Shown in pieces: positions 1 through 14,900 of a DNA stretch of 64,000 nt. Where the stretch lies: the NCBI GenBank assembly GCA_973895155.1, contig OZ316897.1, forward strand, positions 11,741,832 through 11,805,831. Reading direction: 5' to 3'. The notes under the pieces are model-generated. The model did not search any database, had not been told where the DNA came from, and saw nothing but the letters and a program-made list of their open reading frames with translations. The first letter of the stretch is position 1, and every line of letters starts with the position of its first letter. Source of the DNA: Marsupella aquatica (Eukaryota; Plantae; Marchantiophyta). Both the position numbers and the translations under genes were made by a program.

Positions 1-68
1 AATCAGTCACCAATCCGACGAATCAAGTCGATCTCTCACATGTACAAATAGGAATGTCGCGTGAATCT

Positions 69-70
<2 letters not shown>

Positions 71-108
<38 letters not shown>
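71..108. repeat. (TC)19 microsatellite flanked by a 19-bp direct repeat
   Basis: Pure TC run; ATGTCRCGTGAATCTGTTC at 54-72 and 110-128. Confidence 0.95.
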
Positions 109-112
<4 letters not shown>

Positions 113-297
113 TCACGTGAATCTGTTCCTTTTTGTCAGTACGCTATTCGAGGTGAAGGGCTCTGCCTTACAAGAACAAGTTCTTGTTCCATCACCCCAC
201 CATAGTGACCACCATTTTAGCAGCATGTACGAAATATTAATATTCATTTTTATGGTCAGGCTATACATATATCACTAGCCCAATACATGTGGACAGA

Positions 298-720
298 GGA
301 TGTCAAGGTGAGTAAAATATGTTGAGATGAAGAAATATGTCAAGGTGAGGAAAATATGTTGAGATGAAGAAATATGTCAAGGAGAAATAAAAATATTGAG
401 AAGAGAAAAATGCAAGGCAAGAAAAAGATGTTGACACATGATAAAGATGTCAAGGTCAGGCAAGGATGTCAAGGTGAGGCCATAAAATACAGGTTTCACA
501 AAGCTAATTGTTGAGACATGTTGTGAATCATTGGGGGCATACAGTCAATGTCCCCATGTTGAGACAAGGCAACAATATTGAGGCAAGTTTAGATGTTGCA
601 ATGATGCAAAGATGTTGTGGTGAGGCAAGAAATGCAAGGGAGCCAAGTAAATGCATGCAAGGCAAACAAATCTAGGCAAGACAAGAAATGAAAGTGAGAC
701 AAAAAAAAAAGGTTTTGAGA
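298..720. repeat. Degenerate short-period repeat array (ATGTCAAGGTGAGG / TGTTGAGA / GGCAAG units)
   Basis: Near-perfect ~37-bp duplication at about 301-374, followed by many decayed variants. Confidence 0.7.
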
Positions 721-3700
721 CATCTATGGCATTATTGCAACCATGTTGTCATTATGATGATGCAGTTGTTCAGGTCAAGAGGTAGTTGCGGCTATGCAGT
801 CATTGTGGTCATGTTGTTGTTGCCAAGTCCAATGCTAGAGCATTGCACTAAAACATTGAGATAAAAAGTGCAAGTGAGGCTGCAAAGAAGTGTTAGTGTT
901 TGGTTGTGTTTGCGTATGATTGTGAAGGTCTCATCATTTTGGTTGAGTGGTTCTTGTTGCCAAAACCTTGTCACTTTGGTCAATTACTTTGTTGCTACAA
1001 ACATGATGTTGGCCAAGGAGGGTGAGCACATGAGTGGGGGAGAGGAGCACAAGATGGCGACAGCAATGGGCATTGGTAGGTCTAGATGCAAGTCCACGCT
1101 TGATCTTGCAATGCTACTGGAGGGATAATTGTTTTCTTTGTTCCCCACACCCTTTCACTCCCTTCCTCCCCCCAGCCTTGTTGTCACCACCCTCTTCTTC
1201 TACTCATTGCACGCACATTGGGACCTCAACGAGGGCAAGTCGGGGAGGGAGGAGGCATGGATGGCGAGCCAAGGTGTACAGGGCGCGTAGGGAGGGCGGG
1301 GAGCAGGGCACAAAAGGGGTTTTGGGGTAGATCAAACTATCTGAAAAAAATGGATTTCACTAAGCGGCCATAATCCATTCTTGCCCATTTCATTGTGAAA
1401 ATTGTTGTCATTGCAAACTCAAGATTATTCACTTGAATAGCACATAAAATTATGTAATCAATTAATGCACTTCAAGTCAACACAAAAGTATGGGATAGAA
1501 GACATGGATAGTGAGAATCGGGGAAAGAGTTGGGTAAGGTTAGTCAATCCAAGAGTGCACAAAGTCTTGAAATGACTCTGACGACATAGGTTTGTTCACT
1601 CTTTCCAAGTTTATAAGTAAACAACCAAACTAGCTTTTTGGCGGGATTACATATTATAGTAGTTGATATCATACTACCAGACAACAAAAGGTGCCCAACC
1701 ACAAGACAGATGCTATAGTGGTCAACCTTAATATATAGTAACGGTCTAGACATTATCTACCCTAATCTCACATACAATTCAATTATCTATTTGGCTTGTT
1801 CTCTCTCTTCATTTTGTCATGACATAGGGCTTGGGTGAGAGCCAATGTGAACCCTTAGATTTTGTTGCATTTTTCTCCACCACTCGATTGTCTAAAATGA
1901 CCCGTGATGCCTCACCTCTCACATCCAAACAGACTCCCATGAGCTTGTGACGCTGTCACTTCTGCATGGCCCTGCCCTTGAATGGCAAATTGTGAGTGAC
2001 CGTCTCCCATGTCCCTTGCATGCGCCTCTCCCTTGTCCTGGTCCAGGCTTGTGACCCAACACCCAGTCACCCTCTTTGTTATGTCATTTGTCTGTGCCCC
2101 TTCTTGTCTCCCTTTCCCAACCGGAGCTGACAGTCACCTCCCTCTCGATAGGGAGCACAGGACGCGGAGAATCTTTGATGTGCAGTGTACCAATTTCTTG
2201 ACAATGTGCTTGATAAGTTCTTATAAAGCTAGAGAGCTACGTTGGTGCCAACTAACAAGGAGACCTAAAATTTAACAACTATTATTTACAAGGACTACCT
2301 AGAAAATCAAAGGAGTTTGTGAGCAATGACTCTTTGAATCAATAAGAAGGGGATAATGTTTGCCCTACAAGTTCTTGAATATGGTCACACTTACTATTTG
2401 TACGGCTCAAAAATATGTATGGTTGTAACTTCAAAACCTATTTCTAGTCACGGCCAGTTGTCCATTGCATTCTCAAGAGCAACATCTCAACACTGCATGT
2501 CAAGGAACCATCTTGGAACCACTCTCTAGCCAAGGAAGCAAAGACATGGGAAGTATCATCTCAGGAAGTTGGTCATAATTCAGTCCCCATAGCCTAGAGA
2601 TGAGTATCACATGGCCTGATCATAATGCTACAAGGCATGTCCTCAATGGACATCAAGATCTCATGCTATAACCAGTTGAAGTCAGGGCATGTTGGGCAAC
2701 ACGACTGGACCAGGGCTCCGACCTGGACTTGGGAGGGACACTGCGCTTAGACTAGTGTCAAGCGTGAAGATCTGCAATAAGCATGCCTAAACTGAATTCG
2801 GTAATGCAGGCCATGCCTAGACCCACAAGCATGTGGGCTGGCAACTTAGAAGATGTCTAGACCAGCTTGCACCTTAGTAACAATCACAAGGGGCGCTTGG
2901 ACCACAAGATGTCAGCAATTTGGAGAACATGTCCAAACTCCATCTGGAGACTATGAGATCTTGTTGCAATAGGTGTTCTGGAGCCTATGTGCACCCCAGG
3001 TATTGTCTTCCATAAGTTTTAAAGAGAAAAACCTTAAAGGCATTTGGTCTGAAGAGGGGACTTCTAATTTGATCAAGACTTGGTTCCTCTTGAAGTAACA
3101 ATTCCATTTTTGAAGACAATTCTAAAACCTTAATTAACTTCCATTCAAACACAGGTCTTGTCCTTGTGCACAGTGCTTTACCCTCAAACACAAAGCTCAG
3201 GCCTTCTATTACATAGGACTTTCTGAAACTTAGGCTTAGGCTCACATGAAACCGCAATTCTTTTGTCCACACAAAAAAACTGTTTGAACACAAAATGAAA
3301 TTGATAGGAAACTGAGACACCATAAACACATATAAACTGTAAACAAAATTCGCAAATTTGTAAGACCCTTCCAAGTTCAGTCCCTGCACTTCGCAGCAAT
3401 ACAAAATTCATCTCCATCCAGAGTTATAGGTTACAAGCTGTGGTTCCATGGCTCCTTAGTGACGTGAGTGGCTTGCAAGTTGTGCAGAGTCAATGAGTAA
3501 AGATGCCTTGCAATGATTACTAGTTGGACCATGGCGAGTCAAGGAATCAATCGACTCCAGTAAAATTCCGCTGACGGTAGTGGTCAGGCCAGAAAATCCT
3601 GTATATCCCAACAATCCATGAAACAGGAATAGTGTAGGGATGAAAGTGAGATGTCAATCATTCACCACCTTACAGTTGCAGTATGTTTAGAAAAGAAATT

Positions 3701-4357
3701 CTAGGTAGCACGTGGGCTCTTTGTGATATAACCAAACCTCTTCATCCATTTAGTCCTGATTTCTTGTGAGGAACATTTGAAGAAATCCCTCAAGTCGACG
3801 ACTCCAAAAATTCACAAATGGAACTCGGCAGATATCAGCCGCTCCACCATGCAAAGCTGAGATTTCTTATCAACAATAAAACCTTGGAAGGAGGGATGAA
3901 GAGGGGAGAAAACCAATATGTCAGTACATTCCTGCACTTACAAGACAATGACTTGGACATAGGACTACACATTTCGAGTCTGGGAGCATTGGTCATCATA
4001 TGGTCTCTGGACGTATAATAAAATATTGCATTCCGAACTAATGGCACACTGTGGCAAGGACAAGAGCTTGCATTTCAAGCCGGTCATCTGGGTCTACCGT
4101 TGAGGGATGTGAAAGTCTGGCACTTGGGAGACCCGGGCTTCATGCACTATTTTCTAGTGGTTCTACTGCATCGTGACAACGTGGTTCAACGGATACAACT
4201 ATATTGGCGAACCGAACTTTTGCACAAAACTGTGGCAGGCGTAGAGCTGCTATTTGTCCTTCATGGACTTTTAGGCCGAGCAGTGAGAGAGAAGCACTTT
4301 TGTGTTCTCACCCAGTACAAATAAAATTGCTCCGATGCAAAATTGCGGCGTGTATGA

Positions 4358-6971
4358 TCAACACATTTTGCAACTTTTGAGGCATGCACCTGGTGCACTT
4401 TTGGTACCTACCATATAAGCTGGGTTCTTCTCGCATTCACCATACGCAGCCCACTCGCCACACGTCTCATTATCATCAACACACCCATCCATATGCTTCT
4501 CGAAAGAAGCCACGTGAAGCCATTTGGTTGCCGACCATTTTTCACCCTCAATTACCGGACAGCCCATATGAAGACTTCCCTGGTCTGGAGTAGCGTCGGT
4601 ATGCAAGCTGTAAAATAGAAGGGCATCACCCTTTCGTGGCTTCACTGAAGTGGTGCAAGGTTTATTGTTAGTACTTGCTAAATCTCTTCATCGCGTTGAT
4701 TCAAGAAAGATTGCCAGGAGCGCGCACCCATTTACTTAACATAAGGATTACACAGTTTCTCTTTCCATTGGTCATTTCAGTGTGACTGATTACTACCAAA
4801 TGCATGAGTCCAGAATCACAAACCTGCAATTCCTCGTCTCCCGCATTCGGTCCACGAATCGTCCTTGAAGGTCTTGTCCTGCAAAGGAAAACTCATCCGA
4901 CTCAAAGCTGCTCAGAATTCATAGACTGAGGTGTGTAATACAGGCCAAAGCACAATCTTGTAAGTAGAAGGCTACGTATACCAGCTTAGGTCGCGAAGCT
5001 AGCGATTCAGTAGAAGAAAACTTCTTGGTGTTGGACATTTATGAATTACTAATGGGGTGTGACTTTCATGGAACTGCAACATTCTTCTCTTTCTGCATCA
5101 CTACTGATGCAAGCTTCCCAGAAGGAGCAGGACCGATCCTGAAGAGCACTGTAAGTGAGCACACAGAAGCTCATCAAGCTCATCCCATGCCCCTAGTGCC
5201 GCTTCGCTATAGTCCAAAAAGCAGCGAGGATGATGGGTTCTAATAAATATTTTGTATGAAGACACTGTTCAACGATGGATGGACGATAGTATAATGCGGC
5301 ATAGCTTTTTACAACAAGCACAAGCTCATGGGCTGTCTCGTGAAAAGGTGAGTATTTCTCTTACCTCTACGGAAGGAAACACTGTCTCTCCACCCTTGAT
5401 GACATCAGATAAGTACATTAACACAGTGGCAATCCTGTGGCCTCCTTGGGCCTGGTTGTACTTGTCATGAAAGTAATCGTAATGAGGTTCATACTTCTGC
5501 CCATACTCGTATTTTAGCACCTGCATGGCCTCTCCATTGTCTGCCACATCGCAAAAATAGACACCATATTCACGCTCCTACTCCCAAAGCGATAACTGCT
5601 TTGGTTCAGAAATTGAGTAAACATTTCTTTTAGCTAAAGTTATATTAGATGACAAAACTAGCCATGCTTTTTCCAACCAAAAGACATCTAGCATTTTCGG
5701 TAGTTAGGTGACATCAAAGACAAGTACAATATCTCCACCTTTGAATCTTCTCTCTAGATTAACAAGATTAAAGATAATGTATCTTGAAAATGAAAAATTA
5801 GAGAGATCGGAAGCACACCAGGATGTAAGAATGTCCAGGCTGCAATTTTCTCTTCAATCCTCGTCACAATCTCGTCCTGAGATTACAAAAGTGATGTCAG
5901 AGTGACGGACAAATTCATCATGGAATACTCTTACCTTTGCTTTTACAATGTTAGGTCCGGGAAAGGCTAACTCTCCTTCAATATTTACATAAGATAATAA
6001 GCAGCATAGAGTAATCCCCAATCCGCGATCCACGATCAACGTGGGACCTCTTCACTTTGTGGGAACATTTGACAAAGAATGGCTAGTAAATTTGTACCAC
6101 TTAAGTAGACTGCAACTAATAAGAATGTCCGGACAGAAGAACCTGATCTGCAGTCCAACACCAGTCACTAATCTAAGAGAGATGACTTTACACGGATGCG
6201 CTCAGGAAAATGCAAGGTGATCCTGACTGAATATTCCTCCCTCCGAGATATTTCTAACCACTGAGGACCTGGATTACCCATGTGACACCTCCATCCCGTG
6301 AAAAGCTTGACTTCGTCATGACCAGTAGCCAACAATATATAGAGAGGAATATACCTGGGCTTTACTTAGAAACATGCCCGAGCTGGTCCTGATCTCACTC
6401 TCCACACTTTTTCCTGATTCATTGTCCGCCACCATGGATTTGGTCAGCTTGTCTTTAGACAAGATGATCACGTGGTCACACTCTTCGTCTGTCAGGAAAT
6501 GTTTGTACAAAAAAATTCTGTCCCCAAAACAGAATCATCAAACATTAGTAAAGGAAAGATTTATGCAATGATCCATCCTAACCAAGGAAAAGCCGAGCAC
6601 AAAAAGTTTTTTTCACAACATCATAACGCCAACATCACTCACCGGGGACTCCACGATAAGGTAATGACCTTGGTTGGGTCTACGATCACAGAACGTCTGC
6701 ATCCATGCAACAATCCTTTGTTCAAAATCGTCAGAATCAAATCACTGCCAGCGGCAACGCGCTGAATCGGAATACAGACCCAATCAGACACACAACGCAA
6801 ATGTACTGAGGGTCAAACGCAGGAGAAGGACGCCCAGCGGGCGAAAAGAGATGCCGGGAATGAAAGAGGAAATTGATCGTACATCTCGCCGTCCACCGTG
6901 TCAAATTCGTCTGCGAACGCTGCGCAAACGAGGCACAGAAGAAGCAGCGCTGGCACCGCAAAAGTCCTCAT
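4358..6971 (-). CDS. P4H: Prolyl 4-hydroxylase (2OG-Fe(II) oxygenase) with signal peptide and C-terminal ShKT domain; 7 exons
   Basis: Exons 6971-6883, 6696-6643, 6517-6355, 5876-5819, 5540-5365, 4878-4824, 4644-4358; all GT-AG and phase-consistent. Signal peptide MRTFAVPALLLLCLVCAAFA; motifs LSWSPRIFLY, RTSSGMFL, YEPHYDYF (HxD), RIATVLMYLSDV, GGETVFP, SLHMGCPVIEGEKWSATKW; Cys-rich tail CVDDNETCGEWAAYGECEKNP...CLKSCKMC. Confidence 0.95.
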
Positions 6972-8070
6972 GCTTGATCGCTGATGCATGGGGGCAAATT
7001 CTGCCTATCTCTTCCCAACGATAGACTTCAGAATCGCTATAAGCTGCAATACTGATTATGGCGTTCCCGTCTCAGATATCTGCTCCTCAACGCGCGAAGA
7101 GTTTCGTTCGGAACAGCAGCCGATTCACACGAACAGAGCACCTTCATACACCAAGAGGAGAGGAACACAGTGAGCCACAGTTTATGGCGAAACGCGAGAT
7201 TAATCAGCGCATTGCACCTTAAATGAAATAAATGAACGATTCCTCGATCGGTCAATGTCGGTCCACACACACTAGTAACAAATTCAGAGAAATTCACCCT
7301 GAAGATCAGACAAAAGCAGCAGACTAGAACTTAAAAACGAGAAACGAAACAAAACAAACAGAAAAGCAAAAACAGAGCACGGGCGGGAAAACTACATCCA
7401 CGAAACCTCCAAACCAAACACCAAATATGAACCATTCAACCGGTCAATCCATCACCAGCGACGAAACCTAACCATGAATCCACCGCATCAAACAAACAAA
7501 CAAACATCTAAACATCTATCCATCCATCCCCCCTCCCTCCCTCCCTTCCTGAACTAATCAATCCATCATCACCCAAAAGCAGCCGCAAATGCACTCGAGT
7601 CTACACAATCCAGCATCCACTTCACCGAACCGCACAGAGAAGCGAAGGAAAGGCCATGCCGTGCAAGTTTGCACCTGTCCCGAAGACTGATTCATCGGCA
7701 GAAGCAGCAACACCGACAGACGGTACAGCACACGAGAATGTCCTCAGAGCTCATAAAGCACGAGAACTCAAATTGAAATTCACCACCGTCTGCTGCAAGT
7801 TTCTGCTGTTGCTTTGGCTTTAATCTCCTTTCTCCTTTCCGCCACTCCCTTCAAGTCGCCACCATGAGATCAATAATACAGTGTACTCTGCTGACGGACG
7901 ACAGAGGAGGAAGTCCGACGAAAGGCGACGATGGAGGCAGAGGACGGAACGTTCTTTCCGGAACAGAGCAAACACAGAGAGAAAACATCGTCATAGAAAC
8001 AGAGTAGAGTTTACCGTGCAATAAAGTCAGTGTGTGTAAGTGCATTCCGTGGTTAAGTGCAAGCCCTTAA

Positions 8071-10843
8071 ACCACCATTAGGGTGTGTCAAAATAACTCC
8101 ATCAGGGAGATACTGCCAAACGACATAAAAAGTTTTTTATGGCCAGGACATAATTCCCTAGGGGCTACCTAAATACATGTCTCCACAAAAGCCTTTTATG
8201 ACCAGGACATAACTCCCTAGGGGCTAGGGGCTATCTTAATACATGTCCCATAAGTACATACGTCCAAAACGTTTCAGCCATAAGATTGTTCTTATGTCTG
8301 TACTTTGACTTCAGCCATAAGATTGTTCTTATGTCTGTACTTTGACGCTCCCTATTTACCACTACAAAACCTGGACCTACTAGGTTTCACAACACTTTTT
8401 TTATAAATTGTGGAGCAAAATGTCACCCTAAGGGAGTGGAATGAATGGGTGAAAAATGGAGAAATGTTGAACCCTTACAAAACCTGGATCTACTGGGTTT
8501 CACAATACTTTTTTTTATAAATTGTGGAGCAAAATGGCACCCTAAGGGAGTGGAATTAGTTCGTGGACCCCTGGCTACATTTTTTAGGCATTCTTTGAGT
8601 AAAATCATGTATTGAATATTAGTTTTAACTCAAGTTGTGAGAGGCTATTATGGTCCAAAATGTTATGGTATCAAGATCTATGACATATTTACACTAATTT
8701 TAGAACAATGGGTATTATTGGGACTAGTCAATTGTTGATACACCATAGTGTTCTGAAAAATAAAAACTGATAATGAGTCTTTAATAATCACACAACTTAA
8801 AAAATGAAGATAAAACAAAAAAAAACAGTATGGGGGCAAAGATTAGAAAAGGGACATAAGCAATGATTGACTCTAAATAAAAACACAATTGAAAGGAGGG
8901 TGGACAAAGAACAAGATGGGCAAAGATGAACCCAAATAAAAACATACTTAGAATTGTTTCCGTGCAAGCTTTTTCTTTCTTCATATCTTTACTTTCAAGG
9001 AATCTTGGGTAAGAGGCCTAGTTAGTGTAACTTACCAGAGGTGGACAGTGCGCTCCCTGACTTAAATTTTACGCAATGAATAAGCTGATTCTTCTTTGGG
9101 ACTGGAAAGGGATCTTTGACAAAGTAATCCGGCTCGCCGGAGTCAACAAAAATTGAATGTGGAAAAATCTATCGTCCCTTACTATGTGGCCTACGTAGAT
9201 CTATGTGGAATTACATAGAGGGTTTAATAATCATGTTAGGAACCACCGACTCTCCATCTCTCTGCAAATTCTATTACAAACTTCAACTGAATCTACCAGC
9301 AAGAAGGTAGTCCGAATGAGGAGCTCTCCCATGCAGCATTGGAAAGATTCTATAAACTTACCTCAATCCTCCTTGACCTTGTTCGTTTGCAGATGGTTTG
9401 ATTGCTCGATGCTTGTCTTGCTGCTTCTGCTCTTTCAAATCCAAATGTGCTCTTCGTGCCCAATTCAATCTTCAGCGATCTTCAATCTTCTGTGATAGTG
9501 GGAGCAGCATGATAGAATTCGTTGAGTCGCTGGAATAGATCAACAGAAAAGAGGTTTGATTCAGTAATCAATGTAATTTTGCTCGGATCCGATTTGTCAA
9601 CACATGTGAATGGATCGAGCGGCCCTCTCCCAAAACGGGACCTAGTCAGAGTCCGAGCCAGAGTGTTTTTTTTTCACGCCTTCCTTAATGACTTGAGTGT
9701 AATTGAGGTCGAACCACTATTGGCAGTTGGTCTTTGTTCCAAATCACCTTTTTCAACTGGATGTGTGAAAACACATCGAGGTTTGATCAGAAAGAACAAT
9801 TCATCTTCCCAACAATTGATTGCACGAGACGCCGTATTGTAAGCATTCAGTCAGCTGGTTCAATTCCTCTTTAAAGAAATGGAGCCCTGTTCAATGAACA
9901 TGGCACTTCCAACAGCCACTGCGGAGTGCTCTTCGTCTCAAGAATTCTTCTTTGGATTCATTCTACATCGGGAAAACCCTCCATGTTAGTGATGGATGGA
10001 TCATGCATGCTTCAGAATTGGTCTTGCATATCTTGTGAGGGTTTGAAATTTGTTGATCCTTGGCACATTTGAAGGTTTTGGTTGGTCAACGATTGATCAG
10101 TCGGTAAGCGGTCTTTCCTCAATGCCTGCTTCCAGAATGCGACGTATACACTATAAGGTAGGTGGACTTGCAGATTGCCGAGAGAGAGAGAGATCGAAGC
10201 CAAAAGAGTCTTCGATCCTGGAAGGAGAACACAAGAAAAAGAAGAGCAGCATTGAATGAATGATTGAAGGCGATAGGAATGACACACAACAGGTTACCCA
10301 AAGCGAGAACGAGGGAACAACAGGAGAAAGCAAAATCGCAAACAATTCATAAGGACCAGAATGGAAACGAAATGAAGAATCTGACTTACCCTACAACAGG
10401 AGGAGTTACTAGTTCATCAAGATGTTATTCATTTAGTCTATTTAATTCATTAATTATTAATTATTATTGGTTACTTATTGGGGAATTGAACCATAAAGAG
10501 GGTGGGCAGTCGGTTATTCGGGGTTAAAAAAACGATTACGAGTCTATGACTACTTCAATATTCTGTTACCTAGAGTAAATAAAATGGTTACTTTTAAAGC
10601 AGTTTTACATCAAGTTTTACAGCATGCGTCCTTGATTTTACCAAAATCATGCCACAAACACGAATGTTGAAGCAAAATTTATTTTGTAAACCAACATGTA
10701 CCTGTTTGCAGCGCATCTCGATGACATGGCGCACTGTGGTGCCAGGAAGTTTGGAAGGGACCTCTAGTGGGGTCCGTAATGAATGGGTGAAAAATGGAGA
10801 AATGTTGAACCCTTCTCCCTGAATATGGCCAATGCATGGTGGT
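8071..10843. mobile_element. Putative non-autonomous TIR DNA element with TTAA|ACCAC ends
   Basis: TTAA-ACCACCAT at 8067-8078 and ATGGTGGT-TTAA at 10836-10847. Internal duplications at 8135-8226, 8273-8346 and 8363-8555, plus a ~37-bp block shared by about 8440-8476 and 10778-10814. The TIR is only 8 bp, so the limits are tentative. Confidence 0.4.
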
Positions 10844-10854
10844 TTAACATTATA

Positions 10855-11558
10855 GTATTTTTTTTGTAAATGCACCACAACATGTAGTTTGACATAAGTG
10901 TGGGTAGACCCATACTGGATGACAAATACCTGCACTAAAAGACACATACATAAGTGCATTTCTGTCTATAAGTATACATGTGCATTTTCAATTAGTGCAA
11001 CACATACATAAAAAACTTATATTAATAGGCAGATGTACAATTGCATAAATTAGTTTCATGAACATATCTAGTTGAATCGAGCAATACGAGGGCTCAGGAT
11101 ATGAGGAGTCTAATGTGTGTGACCTGAAAGCACATATGAGGAAGCACATAAACATCTCCCATGCAGTTATTGGGTAGTCTACCCATGCACATCTAGAGAA
11201 GTGCATACATGATATCCATGCACGTATAGCATAGTGCATACTGTGGATAAGTGCAGGCTTGGGCTTCCCAGGAGCCTGCTCTTAGATATGACTACTGTAC
11301 AAAGTTGAAGCACTAATAAGTCACTAATAAGTGGACTGTAGAGTCGCACTTGCCGAGCACCTTCACCATCCCATTGCTGCAAGATAGCGTCCCCAACAAG
11401 AGTGTCAATATTGCAGTTGCTCAAAAAAACTGATGGCCCTAGATCAAGTCCTGGTAGAGGGCATTGGCCACATGCAATAATTTGTAGGATGCCCTGAGGG
11501 GGTTACAGGCTGTAGTAGGGAGACCCCTCAACTAGCTGGAGCCCAAAGTCTCAATAAC
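10855..11558 (-). pseudogene. Degenerate Ulp1-like (C48) protease remnant, interrupted by copia A; probable 5' part continues at about 24334-25340
   Basis: Ordered remnant motifs across frameshifts and stops: YQDLI..FLSNCNID, AWISCMHFS (His), HTLDS (Asp), QTTCCGAF (Cys). Recognised by eye only. Confidence 0.35.
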
Positions 11559-11921
11559 TATAAGAAACCGTCGGCTCCGTCGGACTAGACAGCAATGCGG
11601 AAATATGAGAGACACTCAATCAGACGCTACACCGACAAGACACCCCGCGTGGAGAAACTCTTGAAGGCTCCATAGCAAATGAGAGTACATGTGAAGAATG
11701 AGGGATAGAGTTCTCTCCCTCCAACCTATACCCCCCAAGGGGGCCAAGATGAGTGGGCCTAAACTAAGCGGATCTTATCCTAATGTAATCCAGGGTTAAC
11801 TAACCCTAGTAAGGCCAAACTAACTAAGTCGGGAACAAGAGTCAATTCCTAACAATCTCCACCTTGACTCCAATTCACACAATGAGTCAGGTGATATACA
11901 ATATGTAACTAAGTAACATAT

Positions 11922-14900
11922 CTACATAGTCTCCGGTTTGGCCCTAACATTAATAGTATCCACACAATGACTAAAGCTACTGGTAGGTAAAACTTTGGTA
12001 AGCATGTCTGCCGCATTCTCCTCTGAAGTCACCTTCTCCAGAAACATCTGCTTCGTCTCAATCACCTCATGGATGAAGTGATAACGAATATCAATGTGCG
12101 TTGTCCTAGCATGGAACACAGGGTTCTTAGCCAGATGCAAAGCACTTTGACTGTCACACAGCAGCACCGGTCTTTCAGGTGAAAGACCCAAATCACTCAC
12201 CAGTCTCCGTAGCCAGATCAGCTCCTTGGTTGCCTCACATGCAGCCATGTACTCAGCCTCAGTAGTAGACAACGCAACACAAGATTGAGTTGCCGACTTC
12301 CAGCTGATACAACCTCCACCCAGCATAAACACATAGCCTGTAGTAGACTTTCTGTTATCCAAGTAACCAACATAATCTGAATCTACAAATCCTTCCAACT
12401 CTAATGTAGAGTCTGCTTTACCGTCAAATAAGATCCCACAATCTAAGGTACCTTTCAGATACCGCAAAACCCACTTCACTGCTTCCCAGTGAAGCTTACC
12501 AGGATTTGCCATAAATCTGCTCAAAATGCTAACAGCATGGGCAATGTCAGGTCTAGTGCATGTCATCGCATACATCAAACTACCCACAACACTATCATAG
12601 GGAACATGTTTCATCGCCAGTCTATCACTCTCACTAGAAGGGCAATCATTCTTTGAGAGTTTAAAGTGGGAAGCCAATGGAGTACCAACTGGTTTTGCAT
12701 TCTCCATTCCATACTTGGCAAGTACCTTCTCCAAATACTGCCTCTGAGACAACCATAATTGCCTCTGCTCCCTATCACGATGAATCTCCATCCCTAGTAT
12801 CTTCTTGGCCTGACCCAAGTCCTTCATTGAAAACTCCTTACTCAGCATTGCTTTGAGATGAGCAATATTAGACGTATTCTCAGCCAGGATCAGCATGTCA
12901 TCCACATACAATGCCAGCACAATGTTTAACCAAAGCGTGAGTAATTCTCCACCTCCTTCATGTAAATACAACAATCATGTTCACTTCGTGTGAACCCCTG
13001 AGATAACATGAAGGAATCAAAACGCTTATTCCACTGTCTGGGACTCTGCTTGAACAATCCATATAACGAGCGCAAGAGCTTACACACCAAGTGTCTGGTC
13101 TTCTCGTCTATAAAACCTGGATGTTGAGTCATATAAATCTCCACATCAAGCAATCCATGTAGGAAAGCAGTAATTACATCCATTTGATCTAACTCAAGAT
13201 CATAGAATGCCACAATCGCAAGTAAAACACGGATAGTAGCGAGTTTGATAACTGGTGAGAATATCTCTATGTAGTCCAAGCCCTCCTTCTGGGTGTATCC
13301 TTTGGCCACAAAGCGTGCCTTGTAAGTGCCATCCTGCTTCTTCTTGTACAACCATCTACACGGAACCAATGTCTTCCCGTGAGGCATGTTAGTCAAGCGC
13401 CAAGTTGAATTCTTCTTCAAAGAATTCATCTCCTTCAACATCGCCTCCATCCACTTATCCTTCTCTGGAGAGGCCATAGCTTCTCATAGCTAGAGGGGTC
13501 TCCATCTTCAGTAAGCAAAATAACACCAGGATCATCGTCATGCTCAACAACGTGAACATGAGGATCTATAAAACCAAATCTATCAGGGGGTTGGCCAAAA
13601 TTGGCCCTGATGGAGCGCCTTGGTTGAGGAATTGCACCTCTACCAGAAAGACCAGCAGCTTCCTCATCACCACCAAGCTTCACCGTAGTGGGTTCATCCA
13701 CTTGTTCCTCCTGAATATCCCGGGGTCTTGACAACCATTCTTTGTCAAAAACAACATTTCTGCTCATAATTGCCTTGCAATCGACAAGATCCCACAATTT
13801 ATAGCCCTTCTGCCCAGGACTAAAGCCTAGAAAAATACATTTCTTAGACTTGGGATCCAACTTAGACCTGTGTGTCTGCTCAATGTGAACATAGGCAGCA
13901 CAACCAAAAACTCAGAGTCTAGAGTAATCAGCAGGTCTCTTATACCACAACTCAAATGGAGTTTGCATCAACTTACTACTGTATGGTGACAGATTGTAGA
14001 CGTATGCAGCTTGGTTGACAGCTTCAGCCCAAAAGTTGTTGGGCAACTTGGACTTACATAGCATGCTGCGTGCTTTCTCCAGTAATGTCCGATTCAACCG
14101 TTTCGCAACTCCATTCTGCTGCAGCATCTCCGGTACAGTATAATGACGCTTGAGGCCAAGGTCCCGACCAAATTGGTCAAACTCATTGGACTTATACTCA
14201 CCACAATTATCTGACCAAACACACTTCAACTCCTTCCTAGTCTGTAGCTCCACCATGGCTTTCCACTCCTGGAAGATCTCAAATACTTGAGACTTCTCCT
14301 TCATGTAGTACAGCCAACACATTCGAGAGTAATCATCTACAAACATCACAAAATATCTGGCTCCACCCAACGATGGTTCCGGCGTTGGACCCCAAATATC
14401 CGAATGTACATACTCAAGAATCTCATGAGAATGGTATGAACTAGAACTGAAACTCACTTTCCTCTGCTTGCCAAAGATGCAATCTTCACAGAAAGAGAGT
14501 TTACCAGATTGAGCACCTTGCAGCAAATCTCTATTTGCCAAGGTTGCCAATCCTTTACCACTCAAGTGCCCCAACCGTGCATGCCACAAATCTATGGCTT
14601 GTGTGCAACCAGATGTTGAGGGTGCTTCAATTGAAGCAGCCAAAGATGACTCTGCGGCAGATGTTGCCACTGCATCCGAGCATTCCACCACAGAATCCAC
14701 ATGCTCCACCCTAGGAGCAATGACATCTCCTTCCAAGATGTACAAATTATTCTGCCGTAGCGCCTTAATCAAAGATATATCATCTTTGACAATAAAGAGC
14801 GCACCATCATGTGCAGTGAAATGAGATCCACCAGCTTCCAAAGCACCAAGAGAAATCAAATTCTTAGAGATGTCTGGTATGTGTCTGACTCCCGTCAGTA

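Noticed and set aside
273-277. CACTA terminus (and TAGTG at 23775-23779)
   Set aside because: No matching inverted partner end found.
1860-3613. Possible old LTR remnant ending TCCCAACA
   Set aside because: No partner LTR, PBS/PPT, TSD or coding remnant could be confirmed.
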